A stretch of DNA of 64,000 nucleotides, from positions 1 to 64,000 of the forward strand of contig JBJOKS010000017.1 in the NCBI GenBank assembly GCA_046045965.1, written 5' to 3'. A model generated the notes under the pieces. That model worked only from the letters and a program-made list of their open reading frames with translations, was not told the DNA's origin and searched no databases. This document shows, in pieces, positions 21,334 to 31,331 of the stretch. The DNA comes from Cyanobacteriota bacterium. Its GTDB lineage: Bacteria; Cyanobacteriota; Cyanobacteriia; Cyanobacteriales; Nostocaceae. A program made the position numbers and the translations under genes. The first letter of the stretch is position 1. Every line of letters starts with the position of its first letter.

Positions 21334-21960
21334 ATGCAGCAACTAGCAATTTTTGGCGGAACTTTTGACCCAATTCATTGGGGACACCTGCTTGTAGCCG
21401 AAACGGCTTTGGCTCAATTAGATCTAGAAGAGGTAATTTGGATACCCTCAAAAAATCCTCCTCATAAACAAGCCGCACTTTTTGAGCATCGGGTAGCAAT
21501 GCTGCAATTAGCTACGAAAAATAACCCAGCTTTTACTATCTCACTCATTGAGAGAGAACGATCTGGGACTTCATACTCTATCAACACCCTGATTGATTTA
21601 TCTGCTTGTTACCCAAATACTCATTGGTACTGGATTATTGGTTTGGATGCTTTCCAAACCTTACCCCGTTGGTATCGTGGATCTGAACTAGCACAAATGT
21701 GTGATTGGTTAATCGCACCCCGACTAGCAGGTGGTGAGACTATAGCTCAAAGTGAGATCATCTGCAAGCAGGTGGAAAAAAAATTTAGAGAAAAATCATG
21801 TACCATTCACTGGCTATTACTGCATACACCTTTAGTAAGAGTTTCGTCAAGTATCATCCGTGAACTTTGTCGCCAAGGCCATGCAATTGATGATTTCCTG
21901 CCGTCACCGGTCAGCTCGTACATTGCTACTCACAACCTGTACTCAAATAATTCTGAATAA
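21334..21960 (+). CDS. nadD: Nicotinate-nucleotide adenylyltransferase
   Basis: FGGTFDPIHWGH, PPHK, IIGLD, VSSSIIR. Confidence 0.93.
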   Translation: MQQLAIFGGTFDPIHWGHLLVAETALAQLDLEEVIWIPSKNPPHKQAALFEHRVAMLQLATKNNPAFTISLIERERSGTSYSINTLIDLSACYPNTHWYWIIGLDAFQTLPRWYRGSELAQMCDWLIAPRLAGGETIAQSEIICKQVEKKFREKSCTIHWLLLHTPLVRVSSSIIRELCRQGHAIDDFLPSPVSSYIATHNLYSNNSE

Positions 21961-22076
21961 ATTCTGTGTTTTTTTTTGGATCTAACACTTTATAGTTATA
22001 AACACTCCCCCCCTTTGCGATATGATTGGGGTCAACGATATCAACTTATAGGCATAAATACAGAGGGCAAGACACT

Positions 22077-23090
22077 GTGATTAGAGTTGCAATCAACGGT
22101 TTCGGGCGTATTGGACGGAACTTCGCACGCTGCTGGGTAGGTAGAGAGAATAGCCAAATTGAGCTTGTGGCTATCAATGACACTTCCGACCCTAGAACCA
22201 ATGCTCACCTCCTTAGATATGATTCCATGCTAGGGAGGTTACAAAATGCCGATATTAGTGCTGATGATAATTCCATCACCGTCAATGGTAAGACGATTAA
22301 ATGCGTATCTGATCGCAACCCAGATAACTTGCCCTGGAAAGAGTGGGACATTGACCTGATTATTGAATCAACTGGTGTATTTACCAGTAAAGAAGGGGCA
22401 ATGCGCCACGTGAATGCTGGTGCTAAGAAGGTTCTGATTACCGCCCCTGGTAAAAATGAAGATGGTACTTTTGTAATGGGTGTGAATCATCATGACTATG
22501 ATCACAACCTACATAACATCATTAGTAATGCCAGCTGTACTACTAACTGTCTGGCTCCTATTGCCAAGGTGTTAAATGAGAAATTTGGCATCATCAAAGG
22601 CACAATGACTACTACTCACAGCTACACTGGAGACCAGCGTTTACTAGACGCTTCTCACCGTGATTTACGTCGGGCAAGAGCAGCTGCTATTAACATTGTT
22701 CCCACTTCTACTGGTGCGGCAAAAGCAGTGGCTTTGGTACTTCCAGACCTGAAAGGTAAGCTGAATGGTGTGGCTTTGCGTGTACCTACCCCCAATGTTT
22801 CAATGGTGGATTTTGTAGTCCAGACTGAGAAGCGCACTATTGCTGAAGAAGTTAACCAAGCTCTTAAAGAAGCTTCTGAAGGTTCACTCAAAGGCATTTT
22901 AGGTTACAGCGAACTTCAACTTGTATCTTCTGATTATCAAGGTACAAATGAGTCTTCTATTGTTGATGCGAGCTTGACTATTGTTATGGGTAATGACATG
23001 GTGAAAGTCATGGCATGGTATGACAATGAGTGGGGTTATAGCCAACGCGTTCTGGACTTGGCGGAATTAGTAGCTTCTAAGTGGGTCTAA
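22077..23090 (+). CDS. gap2: NAD(P)-dependent glyceraldehyde-3-phosphate dehydrogenase
   Basis: [30 protein letters not shown] (Gap2 type), [11 protein letters not shown] start. Confidence 0.93.
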   Translation: MIRVAINGFGRIGRNFARCWVGRENSQIELVAINDTSDPRTNAHLLRYDSMLGRLQNADISADDNSITVNGKTIKCVSDRNPDNLPWKEWDIDLIIESTGVFTSKEGAMRHVNAGAKKVLITAPGKNEDGTFVMGVNHHDYDHNLHNIISNASCTTNCLAPIAKVLNEKFGIIKGTMTTTHSYTGDQRLLDASHRDLRRARAAAINIVPTSTGAAKAVALVLPDLKGKLNGVALRVPTPNVSMVDFVVQTEKRTIAEEVNQALKEASEGSLKGILGYSELQLVSSDYQGTNESSIVDASLTIVMGNDMVKVMAWYDNEWGYSQRVLDLAELVASKWV

Positions 23091-23208
23091 GGTGATTGGT
23101 GATTGGTGATTGGTGATTGGTGATTGGTGATTGGTGATTGGTGATTGGGAAGAAAAAACTAATGACTAATGACTAATGACTAATGACTAATGACTAATGA
23201 CTAATGAC
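23091..23208. repeat. Facing STRR arrays (GGTGATT)n and (ACTAATG)n
   Basis: About 8 and 7 tandem heptamers between convergent gap2 and thiL. Confidence 0.92.
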
Positions 23209-24223
23209 TAAAATGTTGAAATCCCTGACTAAGACTTAATTCTTGGTCGGGGATTTTTTCGTTTTCATTCTGTAATATTACTGTTGAGTCTGGTGTAATT
23301 GTGCCTATGATGGCTGTACCTGCACCTAATTTTTGGACTAATGTGAATGCGGCTGGTGGTGGTAAACACAGGACTAATTCAAAATCTTCACCACCGTATA
23401 GGGCATAATGTAGCGATCGCTCTGGTGATAGCCAGTTATTAAAAGCTGATGGTAGCGGAATTTTACTTTGTTCTAAGATAGCGCCGACTTTACTAGCACG
23501 ACAGATTTGTAATACAGCATCTGCCAAACCATCACTGCTGTCCATACCAGAGATGAGGCAGGGGGATGGGAAGATTTCTTTGAGGATGGGTATGACATCT
23601 AAACGTGGTTTGGGGCGCTGGTGGGCGGTGATTAAAGCTGCCTTTTCTGCGGTTTTGAGGTGTTGACCTATTTCCGGGTGTAAGAGCAGTTCTAAGCCCC
23701 CACGGGAGGCTCCATGAACACCTGTAACAACTATGGCATCTCCGACTTGAGCAGTGGCACGACGAATAATAAAATTAGGGTTGACTTGACCAAAGGCGGT
23801 AATTGCTAAAGTAGTGATAGGCGATCGCACTATATCACCACCAACTATAGACACGTTGTATTTTTGCAAACATTCTGTCATGCCCTGATACAGTCTTTCA
23901 ACCCAACTGACAGCAACATCCCCTGGTAAACCCAGTCCGACGGTGATACCCAAAGGAAAAGCACCCATAGCAGCTAAATCTGATAAATTAGCCGCGACAG
24001 CACGCCAACCAGCATCCTCTGGGGAAGTGGTGACATCACTAAAATGCACACCATCAACTAACATATCTGTAGTTACTACCAAAGATTGCTCTGATTCTGT
24101 CACCAAAATCGCCGCATCATCACCAACTACATCTTCTGGACAGAAGCGTTGTAATCTCTCTAAAAGACCTTGTTCGCCAATATCTCGAACTTGCAAATGT
24201 TCTGCTGGTAAATTAGACATCAT
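23201..24223 (-). CDS. thiL: Thiamine-monophosphate kinase
   Basis: GDDAA, NLSDLAAMG, GGD, DSSDGL, GGEDFEL. Confidence 0.95.
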   Translation of the reverse strand: MMSNLPAEHLQVRDIGEQGLLERLQRFCPEDVVGDDAAILVTESEQSLVVTTDMLVDGVHFSDVTTSPEDAGWRAVAANLSDLAAMGAFPLGITVGLGLPGDVAVSWVERLYQGMTECLQKYNVSIVGGDIVRSPITTLAITAFGQVNPNFIIRRATAQVGDAIVVTGVHGASRGGLELLLHPEIGQHLKTAEKAALITAHQRPKPRLDVIPILKEIFPSPCLISGMDSSDGLADAVLQICRASKVGAILEQSKIPLPSAFNNWLSPERSLHYALYGGEDFELVLCLPPPAAFTLVQKLGAGTAIIGTITPDSTVILQNENEKIPDQELSLSQGFQHFSH

Positions 24224-24335
24224 TTTATATTAATTAAAGAGGCAGAAGGCAGGAGGCAGGAGGCAGGAGGCTGAAATTTTGAATATTTGTATTTTCCTAT
24301 TCCCACTGATAACTGATAACTGATAACTGATTAAA

Positions 24336-25505
24336 ATGCGAACTATTGCGGAAATTAATGAAAAAATCAACCAAAAACGCGCTGTAGTGTGGACGGTTGA
24401 AGAATTAAAAAAAAGAGTAGCAGAAATCGGTGTTGCTAAAGCGGCTAAAGCAGTTGATGTCATTACCACCGGTACCTTTGAACCAATGGAGTCAAGCGGT
24501 GCAATTATTAATCTAGGACATACTGATCCACCAATCAAAATTAGACGTTGTTGGTTAGATGGTGTGCCAGCATACTCTGGTTTTGGTGCAGTAGATTTAT
24601 ACTTGGGTGCTAGTTGTGCAGTGGAAACGATGGATGGGGAAGAACTGCGAGAACGTGGTGGAGGTCATGTCATCCAAGATTTAATTGCAGGGAAAACCGT
24701 ACAAGTAAGAGCATTAGGACAAGTGACTGACTGTTACCCAAGAGCTACTTTTGATACAAGCATCACCCGTGAAACTATCAACCAGTTTTATTTATTTAAT
24801 CCGCGCAATCTTTATCAAAATTTTATTATTGGGGTCAATGGAGGCGATCGCCCACTTCATACCTATTTAGGACCACTCCAACCCCGTTTAGGCAATGCAG
24901 TTTACTCAAACCCTGGGGCAATTTCCCCTTTATTCAATGATCCCGATTTAGAACTGGTGGGAATTGGCACAAAAATATTTTTAGGTGGGGGAATTGGTTA
25001 TGTAGCGTGGGAAGGTACGCAGCACTTTCCCTTACAAAAGCGGTTAGCTAATCGTACACCCATTGGACCATCAGCCACTTTAGCCTTAATTGGTGATGCT
25101 AAACAAATGGATGCGCGTTGGGTGCGGGGTTGTTACTTCAAAAGTTATGGACCGTCTTTAATGTTGGGTGTAGGTGTGCCACTTCCGGTTTTAAATGAAG
25201 CAGTAGTTGAACATTGTGCAGTACAGGATAAAGACTTAGTAGCGCCAATAGTAGACTTTTCTATTCCTCGTCGTGTCCGTCCTACCTTTGGTTTAGTCAG
25301 TTATGCTCAACTGAAATCGGGAAAAATCACCATAGAGGGTAAAGCGGTGCGTGTTGCTCCTTTAGCCAGTATGTTTCTCTCACGACAAGTTGCCCTAGAG
25401 TTGAAACAGTGGATAGAAGCTGGCACATTTACCCTCACAGAACCAGTTTCCCCCATTCCTATGGAGCGTGCTTTTTTACCCCAAGACCGTTGGACGGACT
25501 TTTAA
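24336..25505 (+). CDS. DUF39 homocysteine biosynthesis protein (aspartate semialdehyde sulfurtransferase family)
   Basis: RTIAEINEKI, DVITTGTF, GGGHVI, GTDCYP-like VTDCYP, GEGTQH-like WEGTQH. Confidence 0.8.
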   Translation: MRTIAEINEKINQKRAVVWTVEELKKRVAEIGVAKAAKAVDVITTGTFEPMESSGAIINLGHTDPPIKIRRCWLDGVPAYSGFGAVDLYLGASCAVETMDGEELRERGGGHVIQDLIAGKTVQVRALGQVTDCYPRATFDTSITRETINQFYLFNPRNLYQNFIIGVNGGDRPLHTYLGPLQPRLGNAVYSNPGAISPLFNDPDLELVGIGTKIFLGGGIGYVAWEGTQHFPLQKRLANRTPIGPSATLALIGDAKQMDARWVRGCYFKSYGPSLMLGVGVPLPVLNEAVVEHCAVQDKDLVAPIVDFSIPRRVRPTFGLVSYAQLKSGKITIEGKAVRVAPLASMFLSRQVALELKQWIEAGTFTLTEPVSPIPMERAFLPQDRWTDF

Positions 25506-25667
25506 TGGTAATTGGTGATTGGTAATTGGTAATTGGTAATTGGTAAACATAAAATTGATTACCCAGTCCCCAGTCACCAGTCCCCAGTCCCCAGTCCCCA
25601 GTCCCCAGTCACCAGTCCCCAGTCCCCAGTCACCAGTCCCCAGTCACCAGTCACCAGTCCCCAGTCC
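25505..25667. repeat. STRR arrays (TGGTAAT)n and (CCCCAGT/CACCAGT)n
   Basis: Long tandem heptamer tracts between convergent genes. Confidence 0.92.
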
Positions 25668-26702
25668 CTACTCTTGGGGTTTCGGCTTCTTCACTGGCTT
25701 AGGAGCAGGGGTTTTTGGTACAGGTTTAGAAACCGCAGAGGGTTCGCCACCTATTTTCTTGACAGGACGGGGAGTATCTCCATTGCGTCTGGGGGGGAAT
25801 GGTCTTCTCGAAGGACCACCACCTGCACGGGGTCCACTTCTGAATGGTGGTTTGCGTTTTTTGGGTAAATCAGCGATCGCTTCGGCATTTTCTATTGCTA
25901 ATATATCAGCTTCGCGTTTGACCTTGAAATCCCAAAACTTGCCCACCGCCTTGGTAGCCAACACACCCTGTAATTTCAACTTAAAATACTTAGGTTTGTC
26001 AGTTGGTTTCCGTGGAGCTTGCTTGATTTTAACTACCAAACTCTTAGCATCAAAAGATTGGTAAACTACCTCACCACGGACAGAAAATTCTCCATCAGGA
26101 ATTTCTGATGAAGTTTTTGGGGGTTCAGAAATTTCCTCTTTAGTAGACTTTTGGCGAGTAGATTTCTTGGCAGAACCATTTTCGGGTCTCTCTAACGCTT
26201 GTGAAACCGAATTTTCACCATCCTCTTCTGGGAAATTTTTAGCCAGATTTTCTGGCTCCCAAACTCCGACAATTTGGATGTGCAGTGAGTCATTTTCTTG
26301 TCTAGTACGGGGATAAACCACCCATAGATGTTGTTTTTCTAGGTCTAGGTGATTTTTCACTAAACTCATAATCCGACCTAAAAGGACGGCATTGAGTTCT
26401 ACACCATCAGCAGTTACCAATGTTCCTTGGGTAAATTGTTCACTGCTGGCACAGTAGCGCCCCCGGACTAACCCAATTGCTCGGTACTGCAATGGTTCGC
26501 TAGGAGGTGGGATCGGTTGTTGGCGATGAGCCAAATTCCCGTTGGTATCAGTCCCGCTAGGGTTAACGGGTGAATGATCCGGTTTTGAGGATCTAGCTGT
26601 TAAGTCAATTTTAGTTGGAGCCTGGTTAGAGGCTGTAGAATTGGAGGATTCAGGAGACGGCATCAGGTCGGAATTCATAAAAACTCCTTGCGGCGGAGAC
26701 AC
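25668..26702 (-). CDS. Conserved cyanobacterial hypothetical protein
   Basis: Long ORF with QYRAIGLVRG and HLWVVYPRT blocks and a basic Pro-rich tail. Confidence 0.7.
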   Translation of the reverse strand: MSPPQGVFMNSDLMPSPESSNSTASNQAPTKIDLTARSSKPDHSPVNPSGTDTNGNLAHRQQPIPPPSEPLQYRAIGLVRGRYCASSEQFTQGTLVTADGVELNAVLLGRIMSLVKNHLDLEKQHLWVVYPRTRQENDSLHIQIVGVWEPENLAKNFPEEDGENSVSQALERPENGSAKKSTRQKSTKEEISEPPKTSSEIPDGEFSVRGEVVYQSFDAKSLVVKIKQAPRKPTDKPKYFKLKLQGVLATKAVGKFWDFKVKREADILAIENAEAIADLPKKRKPPFRSGPRAGGGPSRRPFPPRRNGDTPRPVKKIGGEPSAVSKPVPKTPAPKPVKKPKPQE

Positions 26703-27067
26703 ATCCCATTGTGGGATTTGACAAAGGCATTTGGAAATAGCGTTTCTATGGCTGATAAAAGTATATTTCCTTTCAATCTAGCCATTCTAGACTGCGCTAT
26801 ACGAACACAAAGGCGCGAAATTTATCATTTAGAGACTAAATGTGTCATTTAGCGCCTTTACACTAGTTTCGGAAGCATAGCATAGCTACAATTCTGAATG
26901 ATCCTCCTAAAGTCATCACTTACTTTAGCAGTGTAGATAGTTATTTGTTATAAAATTCACAGTCAAATAACCGTATTCCGCCAAGTTTTGGAAAATTTTA
27001 ACTTTGTGTTTTGTGTAAATATTAATTTTGATTCATTGCGCTCAAACTCACCAAAAGGAAAAAAATT

Positions 27068-27961
27068 GTGTCTCAATCACGTAATCGGTGGATAATTCAG
27101 GTTGTCTTATTTATAGCAGTTGCTGCTTTTATTGGGGTTTCTGTTATGCCCATAATTGGGGCTTTGAATAGTTCCCAACCAGTAGGGCAAAATCCTACCA
27201 GCAACCCTACTAATTCTAGTTCATCTGAGCAAAAGTCAAAATTGGCAGATGAAATTCGCGGTTATGAACTGGTTTTACAACGAGAACCGGAAAACCAAGC
27301 CGCACTCAAGGGGCTTTTACAAGCACGGTTACAATTACTGAGTCAAAAAGGTAGTGGTGAAGTTAAACCGACTGATATTCAAGCGGTAATTGAACCTTTG
27401 GAAAAGTTAGCTAAATTAAATCCTCAACAGTCTGAGTATGCGGTGCTTCTGGCACAAGCAAAGCAGCAAATTGGTGATAAGGAGGGAGCCGCCCAAACTT
27501 ATCGCTCAATTTTAGCAACTACACCTGGTGATCTCAAGGCTTTGCAGGGAATGGTGAATTTACAACTTAGTGAAAAGCGCCCAGAAGCCGCTATTGGCAT
27601 CTTACAAGAAACTTTATCTACAGCTTCTCAAGCAAATACAATTCAGCCTGGAAGTGTTGATGTAGTTGCTGTACAGGTGCTTTTGGGTAGTGTGTACGCT
27701 TTACAGAAAAACGACACTCAAGCTATCTCTTTATACGAGCAAGCAATTAAAAAAGATCCTCAAGATTTTCGTCCCGTTTTAGCAAAGGCTATGCTTTTGA
27801 AAGAACAGGGTAAGGCTGATGAAGCAAAATCTTTGTTTGACAGTGCGACGGCTTTAGCTCCTGCTCAGTATAAAGATGAAATTAATAAGGCAGCAGCAAT
27901 ACCGACTCCTTCCCCTTCTGCTTCTCCCACAGCATCACCAACAAGTACACCAAGTCCATGA
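27068..27961 (+). CDS. Membrane-anchored TPR protein
   Basis: N-terminal TM helix, helical TPR-like repeats, PS-rich tail. Confidence 0.8.
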   Translation: MSQSRNRWIIQVVLFIAVAAFIGVSVMPIIGALNSSQPVGQNPTSNPTNSSSSEQKSKLADEIRGYELVLQREPENQAALKGLLQARLQLLSQKGSGEVKPTDIQAVIEPLEKLAKLNPQQSEYAVLLAQAKQQIGDKEGAAQTYRSILATTPGDLKALQGMVNLQLSEKRPEAAIGILQETLSTASQANTIQPGSVDVVAVQVLLGSVYALQKNDTQAISLYEQAIKKDPQDFRPVLAKAMLLKEQGKADEAKSLFDSATALAPAQYKDEINKAAAIPTPSPSASPTASPTSTPSP

Positions 27962-28013
27962 GGAGTCAGGAGAAAGAATTTATTTTTCCTCCCCTGCTTT
28001 CTTCCCTGTTACC

Positions 28014-28637
28014 TTAGTTTCCTTCTATGGCGGCGACGATACCGAAGATAATAAACAGAAAGCCGCCTAAGAAGGTAATTTGTTTTTCGGAAATTTTACC
28101 TGCAATTAATTTACCACCGATGACGGCGATCGCTGCACAAATTGCGTGTCCTAAAACTGCACCCAGTGTTACACCAATGGGGTTGTTACTCGCTGCTAAG
28201 GCTATGGTGGCTATTTGTGTGCGATCGCCCCATTCTGCTATAAATGTTAATACAAATGATTTCAGTAATATTGACCACAAGCTTTTTTGCTGACTGTCTA
28301 ATTCTGCCTTTTCTACTGCCTCTCTCGCTTCTTCTATGACTTCTTCATCAGGTTTAGCTGGCATTTTCCAAGCATCGTAGAGCAGTTTTAATCCAAAGGC
28401 TATAAACAAAACTATTTCCGCATAATGAACATAAATTTTTGAGCCTTGTGTTAATGCAGACAGCAGTTGTCCAAATATCACTGATAAAACTGTCATTGCT
28501 GCTAAAGCCGCTGTCACACCAGCAAACACTACCCGTCGTGAGTGCTGCATTGACAAAATTACAGCGATAAAAAAGGTTTTATCACCTAATTCGGAAATTG
28601 TAATTAAAACTAAACCTGCTGTAAATGCTGTTAACAC
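28014..28637 (-). CDS. TMEM165/GDT1 (UPF0016) Mn2+/Ca2+ transporter
   Basis: Twin signature motifs ELGDKT and EWGDRTQ. Confidence 0.93.
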   Translation of the reverse strand: MLTAFTAGLVLITISELGDKTFFIAVILSMQHSRRVVFAGVTAALAAMTVLSVIFGQLLSALTQGSKIYVHYAEIVLFIAFGLKLLYDAWKMPAKPDEEVIEEAREAVEKAELDSQQKSLWSILLKSFVLTFIAEWGDRTQIATIALAASNNPIGVTLGAVLGHAICAAIAVIGGKLIAGKISEKQITFLGGFLFIIFGIVAAIEGN

Positions 28638-28735
28638 TCTTTAATGCTCCTGTAGGATTTTTACCTGTGTGGAGCTTCTAATGAGTGTTTCATGACCTCA
28701 CTGAAGCTCACACACTTTTTTTGTGTGAACTCAGT

Positions 28736-28840
28736 GAAGGTCTCGCTTTCAAATACTTTTTTATTCGCCATCTGAACCAGGCTCATCGCCAGTATGTTGA
28801 TTCAGATGCACTGGCTTTTGCCAGCAGCTACTCCCCTTCT
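28736..28840 (-). ncRNA. yybP-ykoY manganese riboswitch
   Basis: Minus strand GAAGGGGAGTAGC...TCAACATAC...GCGAGACCTTC consensus, 100 nt upstream of a UPF0016 transporter. Confidence 0.88.
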
Positions 28841-28894
28841 ATTCGATGTGTATTATACCTTGATGTTGGTTGGGTGTCAAGCGTTTTGGAGGAA

Positions 28895-29030
28895 CGTTCG
28901 CGTAGCGTGTCTAAGACATACCACAGAGGCACAGAGGACACAGAGAGAGAAGGGTTTTGAGGTTTTTGGGTTTTTAGAGATTTAACCACGAAGACACGAA
29001 GAACACGAAGAGAAGAGGGTTTTTGAGGGA
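28895..29030. repeat. Small dispersed repeat (CGTTCGCGTAGCGTG...) plus two triplet 8-9-mer modules (CACAGAG x3, CACGAAG x3)
   Basis: Visible directly at the left edge of the accessory region. Confidence 0.7.
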
Positions 29031-29059
29031 TTTTTCGTGAGTCGTGATTTAATTTACAG

Positions 29060-29422
29060 CTAAAAACGAACAATTGCTGGACAGAAAGCTGCTAATGTTG
29101 AAGCTGGTGGAAAAAATGCAGCAGCTATTGTGTCGAGTGAGTAGCATACTATAGCCCCACCAATTGTAAATGCCAATGTTCCTACTACACCATCTCCCAA
29201 TGAGTCCATAAAAGAATTTGATGAATCCTGATTATCTTTTATGCTATTACCGTTGTCAGATTTATTAATTGAAGATGAAGTATTGTTACTGTCAATGTGA
29301 ATTTCAATTTGAGAATTATTAAAGTTATAGTTGGTAATGTGATCTTCTGCGTAAGCTGGGTTGATAATTCCTGTAAAAGCAATACTAATGGCGATGATGA
29401 CTGCAATTAGGCTACGTAACAT
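29060..29422 (-). CDS. Hypothetical exported/membrane protein
   Basis: Signal peptide (PAYA), N/S-rich linker, hydrophobic Gly/Ala C-terminus. Confidence 0.6.
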   Translation of the reverse strand: MLRSLIAVIIAISIAFTGIINPAYAEDHITNYNFNNSQIEIHIDSNNTSSSINKSDNGNSIKDNQDSSNSFMDSLGDGVVGTLAFTIGGAIVCYSLDTIAAAFFPPASTLAAFCPAIVRF

Positions 29423-29629
29423 TTTAATCTTTCCTAAAAACGATAATTTGAATTTACTAAAGATTTTCTTAATCTTTTTGGTTTAATGTGACACTTTTTA
29501 GATATACCTAATCAGCAAAAACCGTTTAAGTAAAAATACTAATAGTTATTTCTTAAACCTATAAAAATACATAAAGAATTTACATTAACTTAATTTTGTC
29601 TTCATTGTAAATTCATAAAAGGTGAAAAA

Positions 29630-30044
29630 ATGACGATTAATTTTGAGAATTTTGACGATACAACCTATAGTCAATTACTAGCAGAAGTCGCTCCTCAAGT
29701 AATTGAAACAGAGGAAGAGTATGAACGTCTTTTAAAAGTTGCAGAATTTCTAACTTTTAAGAAAAATCTGACTCCAGAGGAGCGAGCTTTAGATAAATTG
29801 ATTGTCAAACTAATTGAAGATTATGAGGAAGAAAATTATCCAATGGATAAATAAATCTACACCTCATGAAATTTTACAATATATCATGGAATCTAGCGGC
29901 CTTCGTCAAGCTGACTTAGTGCGTATTCTTGGTTCTAGTAGTGGTGTGGTTTCTGAAATGGTTAATGGTAAACGTTCTATTAGTAAAGCACAAGCTAAAG
30001 CTTTGGGAGAATATTTTAAGGTTTCTCCTAGTTTGTTTATTTGA
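29630..30044 (+). pseudogene. higA: HigA-like HTH antitoxin split by a frameshift
   Basis: PQVIETEEEYE...LIEDYEEENYP then STPHEIL...LRQADL...VSEMVNGKRSISK; ATAA duplication near 29846-29856. Confidence 0.8.
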
Positions 30045-30192
30045 AATTCGTTTTTATCGTTGTCTCAATCAGGATATCTAAGATTTGACAATTTTCATAA
30101 TGTGAACTTTTTTTGCCTAATGCAAATTTAGTTTAACTTATGTGAATGAAATAGTGCTGACGATTGATGGCGATCGCAGCTATAACGGAAAA

Positions 30193-30222
30193 GGGTGTTA
30201 ATACTGACACCCCATTTTTTTT
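30193..30222 (+). terminator. Probable intrinsic terminator
   Basis: GGGTGTTA...TGACACCC hairpin followed by a T run. Confidence 0.55.
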
Positions 30223-30344
30223 CGTGTCCATGATTCAATTATCAGTTTTGTAAAAAAATATAACGGATGTGGTCGAGTTAAACGTAATTTTACTGTTCTG
30301 TTCTTATAATAAACTTAATTAATTTTACATAGAGGAATTATATA

Positions 30345-31298
30345 ATGCAGTTACAAAGTGTGGTTGAGCCTTTTGGTGAGGTTAATGTTTACAAGCAAAA
30401 AAATGGCGATCTTGACATTTCTGCTACCATTCTGACTGTTCCTGACCTAGAAGGGGTGAGGATGGGTTTAGCTCTGGATGGTTCTGCATCTATGAAAAAG
30501 ATGTATGGAGTGAGTGGTATTGTTGGTGGTGCTTTTGCTATGGCCGCTGGTACTCCTAATGTTGTTGAACCAGTAGCTCGAACAATGGTGAGTTTTTTAT
30601 CAAACTTTTCTTCTAATGGTAAAGTAGATTTGATTTATTGGGCTTGTAGTCCTGATGGTTCAAAAGTAGAAGAAGTCGGAGAATTTGACGAACAAACTAT
30701 ACAAAATACAGCCATTACAGGTCCTAAAAAATTGCCTTGGGGTAGAGGTACAAAACTATTACCACCTCTGAAAGACTTAGTTGATAAATACAAAAATGCT
30801 CCAGCAATGGGAGTTAAACAACCTGCGGCTTTTTGTGTATTTGTCACTGATGGCATTATCGAAGATTTGGTAGAAGTTAAACAATTTAGTGTGCAGTTTG
30901 CCCAAGATATTTCTAGTGGGATAAAACCTTTTATGAAGCTGTTTCTAATTGGTGTTGGAGAAGATGTAGATGCAGCACAAATGGATGAATTAGATGATAT
31001 GTTTGAAGATCATCCCATTAAAGATGCTTCAGGACAAGAAATAGATTTGTGGGATCATCAATTAGCCAGTGATATGAATAAGTTGGAACAAGTATTTAAA
31101 GAACTTGTTTCTGAAGATATGATTGTGATTGGTTCTGGCAGAATTTTAAATCAAGCTGACAAAGTTTGTCGTGAATACTCTGATGGCGTTCCTGCATTAC
31201 TCAAGTTCACTTTACCATCAGGTTCAAATTCTTTTACTTTAGAATTTCCTGGGGGAAGTGTAACTCAAGATATTTCTGAAGCATTATCGAAATTATAA
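30345..31298 (+). CDS. vWA (MIDAS) domain protein 1
   Basis: ALDGSAS MIDAS, GRGT, FVTDG, LIGVG; AGAGGA RBS and TATAAT at 30305. Confidence 0.85.
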   Translation: MQLQSVVEPFGEVNVYKQKNGDLDISATILTVPDLEGVRMGLALDGSASMKKMYGVSGIVGGAFAMAAGTPNVVEPVARTMVSFLSNFSSNGKVDLIYWACSPDGSKVEEVGEFDEQTIQNTAITGPKKLPWGRGTKLLPPLKDLVDKYKNAPAMGVKQPAAFCVFVTDGIIEDLVEVKQFSVQFAQDISSGIKPFMKLFLIGVGEDVDAAQMDELDDMFEDHPIKDASGQEIDLWDHQLASDMNKLEQVFKELVSEDMIVIGSGRILNQADKVCREYSDGVPALLKFTLPSGSNSFTLEFPGGSVTQDISEALSKL

Positions 31299-31331
31299 AG
31301 AGCTTGCATCACCTGAAAAGGAAAGAAAAAT

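Noticed and set aside
20923..21499. Minus-strand ORFs between murC and nadD
   Set aside because: No motifs; overlap nadD and the divergent promoter region
17570..23400. HIP1 absence as proof of foreign origin
   Set aside because: This core-gene stretch also appears to lack perfect HIP1 sites, so absence in the islands is only weak support
25533..26064. ORFs with SPQSPVT repeats
   Set aside because: Translations of STRR heptamer arrays, antisense to a real gene
28685..29073. Three short overlapping ORFs
   Set aside because: They overlie the riboswitch and repeat modules
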